In this document: piece after piece, positions 40,177 to 50,714 of the stretch
Layout of the letters: the number at the start of each line of letters is the position of its first letter
Position numbering within the stretch: the stretch's first letter is position 1
NCBI GenBank assembly: GCA_963765495.1
Contig: CAVXWP010000016.1
Span: forward strand, 224,001-288,000
DNA length: 64,000 nt
Direction of reading: 5' to 3'
Source: Blastocatellia bacterium
Lineage (GTDB): Bacteria > Acidobacteriota > Blastocatellia > UBA7656
The notes under the pieces: generated by a model
What the model saw: the letters and a program-made list of their open reading frames with translations, nothing else
The model's database searches: none
What the model was told of the DNA's origin: nothing
Program-made: the position numbers and the translations under genes

Positions 40177-41211
40177 ATGAAATTCTCAATCAGTAATCCA
40201 TTCACAGAAGACATGGCCGTTGATCTCGGCACGGTGTACACATTTATCTACACTCGTGGGCGAGGCCAGGTAGTAAACGAACCCTCTCTGGTAGCGATAG
40301 ACCGGGTCAGCGGCGAAGTCATCGCCGCAGGCAACGAAGCGCTCGAAATGCTCGGTCGCTCGCCCGAAGATGTAGAGGTCGCCTATCCGATGCGCGACGG
40401 GGTGGTAGCCGATTCCGAGCTTGCGCAGGTGATGCTTGGTAAATTCCTGCGCAAAGCGCGAGGCGGTCGCGCCTTCTTTTCACGTCGCATAATCATGAGC
40501 GTTCCTTCCGGCATCACTTCGGTCGAACGCTTTGCCATCCGGGAAGTAGTAAAAGGCATAGGCGTCAGCCGCGTATATCTGGTAGAAGAAGGGCTGGCCA
40601 CGGCGCTCGGAGCCAACCTGCCCATAGATCAAATGAAAGCCTCTATGGTCGTAGACATAGGCGGAGGGACTACCTCTATCGCCGTGATTGCCAATGCCGG
40701 TATCGTAGAGTCTGAAACGCTCAGAATCGGCGGATTAGACCTCGATCTCGCCATCACCGATTATATAAAGCATCATCACCACATACTGATAGGCGAGCGA
40801 ACGGCTGAGAGGTTGAAGATGGTGCTCGGTTCGGCTACCGATCCGGTCGAAAATCACAAGAGTGTGGTCAAGGGGCAGAATATCAATGAAGGCGGCCCGG
40901 AAGTGTCCGAGGTGGCTGCGATAGAGATTCACAAAGCCATAGACAGCGTCATAAAGCAGATGGTCGAAGCCATTCGACAGGTTCTCGAGCGCGTGCCGCC
41001 CGAGGTTGCAAGCGATATACACGACCGTGGATTGGTTCTGACGGGTGGAATGTCGCTGATGGCCGGCATGGATGAACGTATCAGCGCCGCTACGCGCCTG
41101 AAAGTTATTATCGCCGAAAGCCCGAAACAAACACTGGGGCAGGGCTTGATTGCGCTCTATGAAAACCCGCTCCTGCTTCGGCGGATCGCTCGCAATGTCG
41201 AATTGTCCTGA
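40177..41211 (+). CDS. mreB: MreB/Mbl-family rod shape protein (divergent, no mreCD neighbours)
   Basis: AVDLGT, NEPS, PMRDGVVAD, VVDIGGGT, IGERTAE, LTGG. Confidence 0.85.
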   Translation: MKFSISNPFTEDMAVDLGTVYTFIYTRGRGQVVNEPSLVAIDRVSGEVIAAGNEALEMLGRSPEDVEVAYPMRDGVVADSELAQVMLGKFLRKARGGRAFFSRRIIMSVPSGITSVERFAIREVVKGIGVSRVYLVEEGLATALGANLPIDQMKASMVVDIGGGTTSIAVIANAGIVESETLRIGGLDLDLAITDYIKHHHHILIGERTAERLKMVLGSATDPVENHKSVVKGQNINEGGPEVSEVAAIEIHKAIDSVIKQMVEAIRQVLERVPPEVASDIHDRGLVLTGGMSLMAGMDERISAATRLKVIIAESPKQTLGQGLIALYENPLLLRRIARNVELS

Positions 41212-41315
41212 GCAGTAAACAGTAGGCAGTTACGGAGGTGGATACCTACTATTCATATATATACCCCGCGTTCTCTTTAGCAGTAGTCATCAGTTCAGCA
41301 TCAACTGCCTACTGC

Positions 41316-43874
41316 CTACTGTTCCTTCATCGTTTTTCCGGCCGCGATCAGGTTTGCCAGCACGCGATAAGCTCCCGCCTTACCCGCAAGCGCCTGCCTG
41401 CGCCAATCAAAACTCGTAAAGACGTAGGTACCTTCTCCAAATCGAGCAAACAACAGCCCTCCTCTTTGTGGATCATCTCCGGGATCGTTTGACTCAAGAA
41501 GCGAAACATATTCGCTCGCCCATGCTCCGGGGAGGTTTGTGGCCCGATCCGCGACCCAGCCCTCAAAATCTCCGGCTGAAATCTTGTTCGGTTTGTCGAA
41601 GAGCGGATGGTCTTCGACAAGGAGCTTCACAGGCGCAGTCTCAACGACGATTGGATTGTCTGATAATCTGATCAGAAAAGGCGCTGCCGGACGTTTTTCA
41701 AATACGAGATTCCAATCCTTCGGTTGTTGAGAAAGCATGATTACGTTTCCCCCGTGTTTTGCGTAATCAAGCAGGCATTCGTTGATCGTGGCGAGACGGG
41801 GCCAGGCCGTATAAGCGCGCTCGTCTATTATTACAGTGTCGAATCGAGCAAGACCCGCGCACTTGCTGTTTATTTGCCCGGCTGTCTGATCTCCGTTCCC
41901 GTGTTCGAATGTTTTGATTTCATCAATCGTCAACTCTTCGTGTTCGATGCCAAGCTCAGTAAGCGCGAGATCAAGCCAGCGGTCGAAGCCTCGAATGTAC
42001 CCGACTCTGAGATTTTCAGCGATTCTGGAATCAATGGCGCGGACAGGTATCTTCGCCGAACCAAGCGCATCGGGCGGGGCGGGTTTTTCGCGCCGGAATT
42101 CGAATAAGAGATCGGGCGCGAGCGGAGGCTTGAGGATCGGCAGCCGCAGCCGCAGCTTCACAGCGATCTCTTCATCCTCCTCGGTAAAGCGAATGTGAAC
42201 CGGCTCATAGCTGTCTTCGGTTATGGCCAGAGGAACTACCCAGAGCGCCCCGGCAAGCTCGCCCGGCGTCCGGTTGCGAACCCGCGCGATAAACTCGAAA
42301 TCGCGCGTCTCTGCCCAATCCTTTATTAGAGCAAATGGTATGGTCGAAATCTCTACCGCAGGGACAATTTCACATCTGGCCAGCGCGGGCAGAGTGAGGG
42401 TCGTCTGACCGAGACTAACCTCCGCAAAAGCGATCAGGCGGGCACCAAACGCACTTGCAGGCTGTGAACCCGGCAGGGCCGATGCCACCGGATAATAGTT
42501 CTCTTCATAGAGATGATCTGAATCAGGCACAGAGAGCGAAGCATCTTTCGGCACTTCATATTCAATCTCTTTTGTGACCGATGTTTGCGGAGCTACGCGA
42601 ATCACATCCGATGGTTTGAATGAAGGTTTCTGTTGCGAAGCAGGGAAAGATTCCGCTGCGTGAAAGATTACCGGCAATGACTGTTCGCTTGAATTGCGCA
42701 TATTAAGCCGGGCGGTGAATTTCTGGCCCGGCACGAGCGTGAGATCAGAGACAGTAATCTCAAAACTGATGCCGAGGGCTAGCGCGAGCGCCCGCTCAAG
42801 CTCTTCAATGTATCGGATCATGCGAAAGAATTCTTCGCCGTAACGATTATAAATATCCGAGGGCGAGCCTTCGGCGCGTTTCTCGATCAGTTTTTCCTTA
42901 AGCGCTTCAATCAATCGCTCGTCAAGCCCTATGGCTTCAAGCGAAGTCATATCGCCCACGTGAGGCGGCAAAATGGCGTGTGCTATGTTGTCGGGGAGTT
43001 TCAAGCCCTCGAACAACGTCTTTCCAAAAACGAATTTCTCATCCGAAGCCGAGCGCAAAAGTTTATAGTATATTTTCTCAGTATTCGGAGCATCCCTGTG
43101 CGCCCCGTATCCGAGAGACGCCAGCTGGCCGTAGGCCGTAATTGCCATCTGCGCGTAAGTGCTGCCGTGAACGTGATCATACTCGGTAAGGTCCACCAGA
43201 ACACCTACGGTAGATATATCTGATCTTTGAAATATGCGCCGCACCTGCCAGGGTTGAGAATCATTTCCCACAAAACGCTTCGGGTCGGCAGCCGCCTCAA
43301 AGGCCTCAAGATCAAGCCGCGCAAGAGCCTGATCCTGTCCATCGCCCGCCTCGCTGTCGTGGTTTGTGATGATAACATCCGGGCGCAATGATCTGATTGC
43401 GCGCACAAGTCTTTGGAGAGCCTCGTCGTGCCCCCAGATGCTGAAGGTCTCTTCGACCGACTGCGACTCTCCAAAGTCGCGCAGGTTTAGAAAATAAACA
43501 TCCGCCCCGACGACTCGCGCAGCGTCGAGCGTTTCACGCGTACGGGTAACTCCCGGATCTTCGTCCAGGTTGTGCTCGATCCAGAGTTGCCTGCCCTCCG
43601 CACGGGTCGCCAGAAGAATCACAACCCGAGCGCCCAGTTTTTTGTGATAGTAAGCCAGAGTGCCGTAATCCACATCATCGGGACGCGCAGCCACCGACAC
43701 AACCGTAAACGGATTGTTTAACTCCCTCAGGCTTTGATCGAGCAGCGCCAGGCCCCGACCATCAACAGTCGGTTCGTTTGCGCTGTCGCCCCCTGCGCAC
43801 GAAGCCACCACGCTACGAGGGAGAGCGCCGGTTAAAATGCAAAGCGTTGCCAGCAGTGACAGGGCTTGTCTCAT
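41316..43874 (-). CDS. Exported PIG-L/LmbE-family deacetylase-like multidomain protein
   Basis: VAARPDDVD (HPDD replaced by RPDD), LRDFG, IRSLRPDVIIT; the His ligands look degenerate. Confidence 0.85.
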   Translation of the reverse strand: MRQALSLLATLCILTGALPRSVVASCAGGDSANEPTVDGRGLALLDQSLRELNNPFTVVSVAARPDDVDYGTLAYYHKKLGARVVILLATRAEGRQLWIEHNLDEDPGVTRTRETLDAARVVGADVYFLNLRDFGESQSVEETFSIWGHDEALQRLVRAIRSLRPDVIITNHDSEAGDGQDQALARLDLEAFEAAADPKRFVGNDSQPWQVRRIFQRSDISTVGVLVDLTEYDHVHGSTYAQMAITAYGQLASLGYGAHRDAPNTEKIYYKLLRSASDEKFVFGKTLFEGLKLPDNIAHAILPPHVGDMTSLEAIGLDERLIEALKEKLIEKRAEGSPSDIYNRYGEEFFRMIRYIEELERALALALGISFEITVSDLTLVPGQKFTARLNMRNSSEQSLPVIFHAAESFPASQQKPSFKPSDVIRVAPQTSVTKEIEYEVPKDASLSVPDSDHLYEENYYPVASALPGSQPASAFGARLIAFAEVSLGQTTLTLPALARCEIVPAVEISTIPFALIKDWAETRDFEFIARVRNRTPGELAGALWVVPLAITEDSYEPVHIRFTEEDEEIAVKLRLRLPILKPPLAPDLLFEFRREKPAPPDALGSAKIPVRAIDSRIAENLRVGYIRGFDRWLDLALTELGIEHEELTIDEIKTFEHGNGDQTAGQINSKCAGLARFDTVIIDERAYTAWPRLATINECLLDYAKHGGNVIMLSQQPKDWNLVFEKRPAAPFLIRLSDNPIVVETAPVKLLVEDHPLFDKPNKISAGDFEGWVADRATNLPGAWASEYVSLLESNDPGDDPQRGGLLFARFGEGTYVFTSFDWRRQALAGKAGAYRVLANLIAAGKTMKEQ

Positions 43875-43904
43875 AATAGAACTATCCCAAGAACATAAAC
43901 GCCG

Positions 43905-45950
43905 ATGACGCGCTCTGGGTTATTCTATCAAAAGCAATCAGCCGCCGCCTCAAATCACAAGCTCGCTTATAATCGTGTAGTTTCCTCTCGGGCGCGAGCT
44001 ATGGTAGGATTGCTGCCTGTTGGTGATTTCTTTAAAGCCCATGTGGAACCGAATAACTCAGGTCACGGACATAGATTATATTTGATGCTTACCAAGTCTA
44101 AAGTTCCTGTTACAGTTGAAAAACCTCGGGCAACACGAAGTCTAAAAGCAAAGCTTGCCTTAACACTTTTGTGCGTCAGCCTATCGGCCATAGCCACGGT
44201 TCCCTTCTTTTTCATGGGCAAATACCCGGAGGGCAAGAGCGGCCCTATCTTTCGCATGCCCACTACTCACGACATGCATTTGCACCGCGAGCAGATGAAC
44301 TCATTTTATAACGGGCTACGGTCGGGCGAAATTTATCCGCGATGGGAAGAAGACACAAATCGAGGTTATGGAGCACCAACGACCAGTTATTATCCACCGG
44401 GAGTCTATTATCTGACATCCTTCTGTTACCTGATTTTGCGCGACTGGTTGCGCGCGCTACTCGGAACGCATCTGATACTGATGATAGCCTCCGCGGCAGC
44501 CATTTATGCCTACGCTCGTCAGGTAATGTCTCGCCGGGGCGCGGCGGTGGCGATGGCCGCCTACATATTTCTGCCCTATCATCTGATAGACCAGTATCAG
44601 CGCGGTGCTCTGGCAGAATTGACCGGATTTGTCTGGATGCCGCTCATGTTGCTGTTTGGCGAGCGCCTTTTCCGCGATTTCAGAAATGTTGCCCCGGAAG
44701 AAGAAGACCACCTGGAAACTACGGAAAAGGATATGGAATCGTATGGGTCGGCAAGACCCGGTTCCAGAAGTTTGTCGGACAGACTGCTCAATGCATCGGG
44801 GCTTGCGGTAAGTTACTCTGCGTTTGTATGGTCGCACCCACCGACCGCTTATCAATTCACGCTCACCTTCGCCATCTTTGTTCTCTTGTTTTTTCTTGTG
44901 CGCCGCGACTGGAAAGGCTTGCTCTACCTGGGGGGGGCGATGGCAGTTGGACTTGCATTATCGGCTTATTACCTTTACCCGGCAGCCATCGAACAGAATT
45001 TGATTCGCCACGAATATATAGCGCAAAGCTGGCCCTATCACGATAGTTATGTGTTCGTCTATTCCGAGCCTTATGCGACCATACATCGTGGTTTTTTTGC
45101 CTTGATTGACGGTACCTGGACCTTTAACGCCGTGCTTATCGTTGTAGCGGCGGGAGCAATTTTGCTGAAATCAAAATCAGTAAGCCTGTCTCTCAGACAA
45201 CACGCTTTGGTGTGGCTGGTTCTGGGGTGCTTCGCAAGCTTTATGATGACGAAATATTCTTATCCTCTAGGGCGTTTTATACCCGAGATAGAGATTGGTG
45301 TATTCTCGTGGCGTATGCTTGCCATAACAACCCTGATGCTTGCCCTGCTCGCAGGCGCTTTGATGCAAGCGGCGCTAAACGCTCGCCGTCAAGTGCGCAG
45401 GGCCGCCCGTATAGCCTTCACGTCTTTATCGCTATTTATAACTATCGGCAGTGTAATCTTCAGCGCGGCGGCCGTGGCAGCGCCTATGGCCACAATGCCG
45501 GCCTTCGTACGTTCGCTGGAGCATTGGAACGTGGCTACGATCCCAAGCACCGCGCCCGAAAACATAGAGGACTTGACCCGGGGCGATCAAGCCGAGCTTA
45601 CCTCGGGCAATGGTCGGGTTTCGATTGACCGCTGGGACCCGGAGCACCGACATCTATCGGTTGAACTGATCGCACCTGATCAGTTGCATATACGTACATT
45701 CAAATTCCCCGGCTGGACAGCTAATATTGACGGGCACCCCGCTGATATCCTCATGGGACAGCAATCAGGCGAGATAGTTCTCGATTTAGAGGCGGGCACC
45801 CATCAAATAACGCTGGATTTTCTCGACACACCGCCAAGGCGCGAAGCTCGATGGGTGACGATCTCTGCTTTTCTTTTTTTGATGTGTGTGGTTATACTCT
45901 CATTCGCAAGAAGAGAAACAAAAATAGAGAGGGAACGCACGACAATCTAG
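43905..45950 (+). CDS. PTPS-related / GT-C-like integral membrane protein (true start probably ~44085)
   Basis: YPRW...GYGAP...YYPP, YIFLPYH...RGALAE, many TM segments, FPGW. Confidence 0.85.
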   Translation: MTRSGLFYQKQSAAASNHKLAYNRVVSSRARAMVGLLPVGDFFKAHVEPNNSGHGHRLYLMLTKSKVPVTVEKPRATRSLKAKLALTLLCVSLSAIATVPFFFMGKYPEGKSGPIFRMPTTHDMHLHREQMNSFYNGLRSGEIYPRWEEDTNRGYGAPTTSYYPPGVYYLTSFCYLILRDWLRALLGTHLILMIASAAAIYAYARQVMSRRGAAVAMAAYIFLPYHLIDQYQRGALAELTGFVWMPLMLLFGERLFRDFRNVAPEEEDHLETTEKDMESYGSARPGSRSLSDRLLNASGLAVSYSAFVWSHPPTAYQFTLTFAIFVLLFFLVRRDWKGLLYLGGAMAVGLALSAYYLYPAAIEQNLIRHEYIAQSWPYHDSYVFVYSEPYATIHRGFFALIDGTWTFNAVLIVVAAGAILLKSKSVSLSLRQHALVWLVLGCFASFMMTKYSYPLGRFIPEIEIGVFSWRMLAITTLMLALLAGALMQAALNARRQVRRAARIAFTSLSLFITIGSVIFSAAAVAAPMATMPAFVRSLEHWNVATIPSTAPENIEDLTRGDQAELTSGNGRVSIDRWDPEHRHLSVELIAPDQLHIRTFKFPGWTANIDGHPADILMGQQSGEIVLDLEAGTHQITLDFLDTPPRREARWVTISAFLFLMCVVILSFARRETKIERERTTI

Positions 45951-46737
45951 TCCCCCCAGGTGTTTTAGGACTTATTGCGTGGGTTCCCTCCCGGTCGGCT
46001 AAAGGAGGAACCGGCTAACTGAGTACCCGCCCCTTTAGCGGGCTTTTATAATTCGGCATTGCGACTGTCATCTGCGGCCCTGGAACGGGACAGTGATTGG
46101 GCGCACAGTTTGTTTCTCCTCTTCCAGAATCAGATCTCGAATTTTCAGGTCTCTATGACATAATCACTCTTGTTTGTAATCAATCGTATAGTGAATTAAT
46201 GTTCCGACTTGTCGCCGGCGCTATTGAGCGGTAACAGCCCCTATGATACAAAAGCACCTTGATCGGAAGAAAAACCACGCGCAACCATAATGCGTCGTTG
46301 CCAGCTCGTGTCAGTTTGGTTGGACCCGATTGCTGAACAATCTGTAAGCCGATTGTAAGCCCGTAGCCAACAACTGGCGTATAGATATGCTCAGGTGGTT
46401 GCGCGTGGAGCAGTTGAGTTTCCATCTGGGCAGGCGAGCCGCTCTCGACGCACGATTCCGGCAGGTCACAAGAGCGGGGTCGTGAGAACCTGTCGCTCCC
46501 GGTTTTACACGTGACCTGACGGTCAAAAAGTGTGGCATGGCTTACCACACAGACACGGTACAACGGGCCCTCTGGGCAGTTGAGTTTCCGATGCACCGAA
46601 CTTTTTATAGCATTACCAGTCATAAATATATATTATGGCAACCTTCAATATATTGACAGACGCGAATATTATTACAAAACTTATCTCGTGTCAATAATTA
46701 TTTTTTAATAAACAATAAAATAATTTAAGCCGGTTAT

Positions 46738-47232
46738 TTGAGCTTTGCCCAGACCACAACAAGTTATGCGAAAACAGGGAGAGATATGGACAAATCGAGC
46801 GAAAGAAGTTTGAGTCAGTACATCAGTCAGATTATGAATCTCAAAGGATTTTCAGCGGCCGATGTGGCCGAGCGTTCCGGCAAAGAGATAACAGCCGGAT
46901 ATGTGACCGGATTGATGAAGGGCACGGCTAAGAATCCTTCGGTGGAAAAGATAAACGCTCTGGCTGGCGGACTCGGCATAGACAATGTTGAGTTATTCCG
47001 AGCAGCTTGTAAGCTTCCGAGCGAACAGCAGGAGGGTAAACAGGTCGTAGACCCCTCTTACACGCTCGTGATACTGGAGTTAATGCGCAAGGTGGCGGTA
47101 GAGCCTGTTCTGGCGGAGATGCTTAATGAGATGGTCAGGCTATCGCCAGAGGAGCGTCTGGTCGTGCTCGATTCCTTGAGAGCGCTAAATAGAAATCGTC
47201 CCGTCTCAGGGAGGAGCAAAAAAAATGGTTAG
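46738..47232 (+). CDS. XRE-family HTH regulator (start probably the ATG at 46786)
   Basis: FSAADVAERSG..ITAGYV..L..G..KNPSVEKINALAGGLG. Confidence 0.85.
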   Translation: MSFAQTTTSYAKTGRDMDKSSERSLSQYISQIMNLKGFSAADVAERSGKEITAGYVTGLMKGTAKNPSVEKINALAGGLGIDNVELFRAACKLPSEQQEGKQVVDPSYTLVILELMRKVAVEPVLAEMLNEMVRLSPEERLVVLDSLRALNRNRPVSGRSKKNG

Positions 47233-48374
47233 TTCTTCATTTTTCTTTTTTGAGCGATCTTTTCGACCGCCGACAACATGGCGCTCAAATCATTTTTTGT
47301 AAGCGACTCATCTGAGATCAACTGTATGATCTTCAGCATCATTTGTCTGTGGTCCAGTTCCTGTGAGGAGCTTTGATTCTGGGCCGGGCTGTTTGATTCT
47401 TTTGCCATCTTCTTTTTCCACTCCAGATAATCTAGTATACGCCCCGGTTTTTGAGGGGAGCCAATACCTGTTTCTCCTGGACCAAAGGAGTTGACGAAAT
47501 TCTGCGCCGGTAAACGCAAAATATTATTCACCTCGAAATCTCTCTGACTTAAAGCGACCACTGAATGAGAGGCGCGTCGTCCCTTACAGATGATTTCATT
47601 GCGCGTCTCGTGCCACTCAGGATACGCATTTGCGTAAGGTGAAGCAAGAGCTATCTTTGAGGCACTGAACGCTTCTTCGAGCCGTCCCACTTCGGCAAGC
47701 TCCACGGCAAGGCTGTTGAGGTAATCATAATAGACGTGCGGGTGCCTGCGGCCAACAGCGCAAACGAGTGGAAACATCTTCTCAAGATGGATAAGAGCCC
47801 CCTCATGATCTTCGTCCATGCTTTTGAGGACCGCTATCATCTTCTGTGTATGAACCGCAACTAACGGGTCTCGTCCCCAATCACTTACAGCAGCCCTGTT
47901 CGCCTGTAAGTAAAGTGCCAAAGCGGATTTATAGTCTCCAGAATCAAATTTTATAGCTCCTAAAGACATAAGAGCTTTAGTCCTGTACTTAGCCGGGGCT
48001 TTTTCTATGACATACTCATACAATCTGCCTGCTTGAGAAAATTCCATCCTTCTACCCAAATATAATGCCTGATAATAAAGACCTATACTTCGATGCTGAT
48101 GAGATAAATCTGCATTTAATAAATCTGCATTTAATAGGAAATGACTTATCTGTCCTACGGTTTCCATCTGACGCCGTTCGTAGCTGTATTCGGCCAAAGC
48201 AAGCAGGTTATCTCCCAAAGTGCTGGATACGCGTGTTGTCCAGGCCGCTTTAGTGAGTGCCATAACTAATTGCTGATAAAATCCACCCTGGCTAATTGTT
48301 TTTTGTGCGTCATCAACCTGAACTATGGAGGAACTATCTGTGAGTAAAAAACTTGTCTTCGCAACGGTTTGCAT
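47229..48374 (-). CDS. TPR-like helical protein
   Basis: KALMSLGA...GDYKSALALY, YLNSLAVELAEVGRLEEA; GGGAGG RBS; internal LLNAD duplication. Confidence 0.8.
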   Translation of the reverse strand: MQTVAKTSFLLTDSSSIVQVDDAQKTISQGGFYQQLVMALTKAAWTTRVSSTLGDNLLALAEYSYERRQMETVGQISHFLLNADLLNADLSHQHRSIGLYYQALYLGRRMEFSQAGRLYEYVIEKAPAKYRTKALMSLGAIKFDSGDYKSALALYLQANRAAVSDWGRDPLVAVHTQKMIAVLKSMDEDHEGALIHLEKMFPLVCAVGRRHPHVYYDYLNSLAVELAEVGRLEEAFSASKIALASPYANAYPEWHETRNEIICKGRRASHSVVALSQRDFEVNNILRLPAQNFVNSFGPGETGIGSPQKPGRILDYLEWKKKMAKESNSPAQNQSSSQELDHRQMMLKIIQLISDESLTKNDLSAMLSAVEKIAQKRKMKN

Positions 48375-48654
48375 ACTGGCCCTCCCAATTTGGTTTTCAC
48401 CTTCTCAAGGTAAAAACCAAACAAACGTGTTGCCCTTTACTACAACCGCATTAGCCGGGCATACAACTAGCGGTAACTGGTGCGATTGCGGCACACCGGA
48501 CTGCATAGATGGAAACTCTTCTAACATTACCTCGGATAAGGATAATACCACTCTTGATCAAAATGGTACTCCGGGCAGCGTATCTGATTCTTTCGGTTCA
48601 GAAGCGCTGCTGTTTGAGCTTGCTTTTATGATCTGGGCCAGGGTTCGCGTTTAG
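48340..48654 (+). CDS. Small exported Cys-motif peptide precursor with a C-terminal membrane-anchor-like tail
   Basis: GGAGG plus GTG; MSKKLVFATVCILALP; ALA-GHTTSGNWCDCGTPDCID; ALLFELAFMIWARVRV. Confidence 0.75.
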   Translation: MSKKLVFATVCILALPIWFSPSQGKNQTNVLPFTTTALAGHTTSGNWCDCGTPDCIDGNSSNITSDKDNTTLDQNGTPGSVSDSFGSEALLFELAFMIWARVRV

Positions 48655-49025
48655 GCTTTAAGCCTGTTCTAGCTCGACTTAAATTACTCCGATTGTGTAA
48701 GCCGCCGGGATGCATGACGGCTCAGGGGACTTGTACCTCTCACAGAGCGAGTATTGTACTATAGTTTACTCTCGATTGCACCGGAAAATATCCGGCAGCA
48801 TCAACATTTTGAAGATGAAAGTGAACCTGAGGCGACCGCCAATAGCCCACGGATTTGACGAGCGAGGCGGATTTACATTGATCTGACCCAAATGATCCAA
48901 CCTGTATTGACCCGTTTAATCCGTGTCATCCGTGGCCTGTAAATGTCGCTCTCATCTACGTTTCAGAGATAACGGGTGGACCCCGAAAAATCGCTCTTGC
49001 CTACAATCGCCCGGGGGCCTCCTGC

Positions 49026-49054
49026 TTGACAGTCCCGCCTAAGTATCTGACAAT
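49026..49054 (+). promoter_or_regulatory. Sigma70 promoter
   Basis: TTGACA-N17-GACAAT. Confidence 0.6.
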
Positions 49055-49095
49055 GCGATCATTGAGATAAGCCTTGCAACCCCCTTGGAGGATCT

Positions 49096-50571
49096 ATGCC
49101 ACATAATTTTATAAACCTGGCGGTCCTGGAGGAGATCAGAGAAGCGGGAGATTATGATAAGCTCGCCGCCGAGTTGTCTGATGATTGGCGCGATATGCCT
49201 GATTTCGAAGATCGCGCTATAAGGTTACGTATGCTTGCCGCAGAGATAGCCGGACGCTCCAGCCGCCTCGATGAAATGGAAGAAGCACTCGCTCCTTACC
49301 TGAACAACGTCAATAGAGTGCCTTTCGGGCTGGCTGCTCGCGTGTTGTTGATGCTTGCGCTTTATCATTATCGTAGAACCGAGCCGAGTGAGGCATTGAA
49401 ACTCGCCATCCAGGCAAGAGACATCGCCTCCGTGCGCGAGGATGAGTTCGTTATGGCCGAGGCGGTACAGTTGGAGGGACAGTCTCTCTGGTCTTTGGAA
49501 AGATGGGACGAGGCGGCCAGATCATTTGAGAAAGCGATCTCCGTTTATGGTTCTCAATGTCGCCCTTACAGGCTTGGGCTGGCTTACACATGCCTCGGCG
49601 GCGTATTGAATCGAATGGGCAATGTAGAAGAAGGCCGCATCTCGCTCGAACGCGGCATCAAGATATTGCTCAAGTGCCCGGATGATTACAATCTCGCCGT
49701 GGCAAGAGTCAATGTGGCGCAGGCGCTCAATATTATCGGCGAACACGAAACGGCGCTGAAGTATCTGCTCTTTGCCCACGAGGCATTTGACCACATAGGT
49801 CATAGTCAGTACCAATACCTGACGCTCAACAGTATCGCCGCCACTCTGGTTTCTCTTAAAGAATACGACCGGGCCGAAGAGTATGTAACTCGCGCGCTGG
49901 AAAAGGGGGTCGTAGCGCGCAGCACGCAAATAGCTTCCAATTACGAGATAAAAGCCAGGCTCTGTCTGGCACGTCGCGAATGGGACAGGGCAGAGAGGGC
50001 GCTGCTTGTGGCGCTCGAAATTGCCGATCAGGCTAACAGCCTGTCGCAGAAGGCCGAGGCCCGGCGAACCCTCGGCAGGCTCTACGTAGCGCAGGATCGC
50101 CAGGAGCAGGCGGCTCGCGCCTTGTGGCAGGCACTCGATATTGCTCAGGACCTTCGCGCATCGCTTCTTGAGCTTGAGGTCAAGGCGCTGCTCGCTCAGG
50201 CGCTGTGTATGGCAAACCCCGTCGAGGCGTGCAGACTGCTCTCGGATGTTGAAACCTCGCTTGGCGAGCGCCCGTTGCCGGATTTGAGGAAGGACGCCCA
50301 CGCCGCGCGCAAATGCATCAACTCGCTCGATCAAGAGCACTTCTTCATACTTTCCGATGCCGGGATTCCACTGCTTGCAGAGGCCAAAGTCGGATTGCTC
50401 AAATGGCTCTGGTCGCGGGCGCTCTACAAAGCAAGGGGAAACGCGCGCGATGCGGCTACAATACTCGGCGTCACCCCAACCTATATTCGCAAACTGACAA
50501 AAGTCATTCCGCGCGATCTATTGCGACCGGGGAGAAAACGGCCAAAGAAGAGAAAGGCGCAAGCGCAGTGA
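49096..50571 (+). CDS. TPR-repeat protein with a C-terminal Fis-like HTH
   Basis: MalT-like ~40-aa TPRs; RALYKARGNARDAATILGVTPTYI. Confidence 0.85.
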   Translation: MPHNFINLAVLEEIREAGDYDKLAAELSDDWRDMPDFEDRAIRLRMLAAEIAGRSSRLDEMEEALAPYLNNVNRVPFGLAARVLLMLALYHYRRTEPSEALKLAIQARDIASVREDEFVMAEAVQLEGQSLWSLERWDEAARSFEKAISVYGSQCRPYRLGLAYTCLGGVLNRMGNVEEGRISLERGIKILLKCPDDYNLAVARVNVAQALNIIGEHETALKYLLFAHEAFDHIGHSQYQYLTLNSIAATLVSLKEYDRAEEYVTRALEKGVVARSTQIASNYEIKARLCLARREWDRAERALLVALEIADQANSLSQKAEARRTLGRLYVAQDRQEQAARALWQALDIAQDLRASLLELEVKALLAQALCMANPVEACRLLSDVETSLGERPLPDLRKDAHAARKCINSLDQEHFFILSDAGIPLLAEAKVGLLKWLWSRALYKARGNARDAATILGVTPTYIRKLTKVIPRDLLRPGRKRPKKRKAQAQ

Positions 50572-50710
50572 TCACGTGATGCGTGATTGGTGATGCGTAA
50601 TTCGTGATTAAGCAGGCTTACAAATAGTCTTTTTACAGACAGACTCTCCAAAAGTCACGCATCACCAATCACTCATTACCAATTACTCATTACCAATTAC
50701 TCATCACGCA
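50569..50710. repeat. Heptamer-based inverted repeat between convergent genes
   Basis: GTGATGCGTGATTGGTGATGCGT...TCACGCATCACCAATCACTCATTACCAATTACTCATTACC. Confidence 0.75.
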
Positions 50711-50714
50711 GGAT

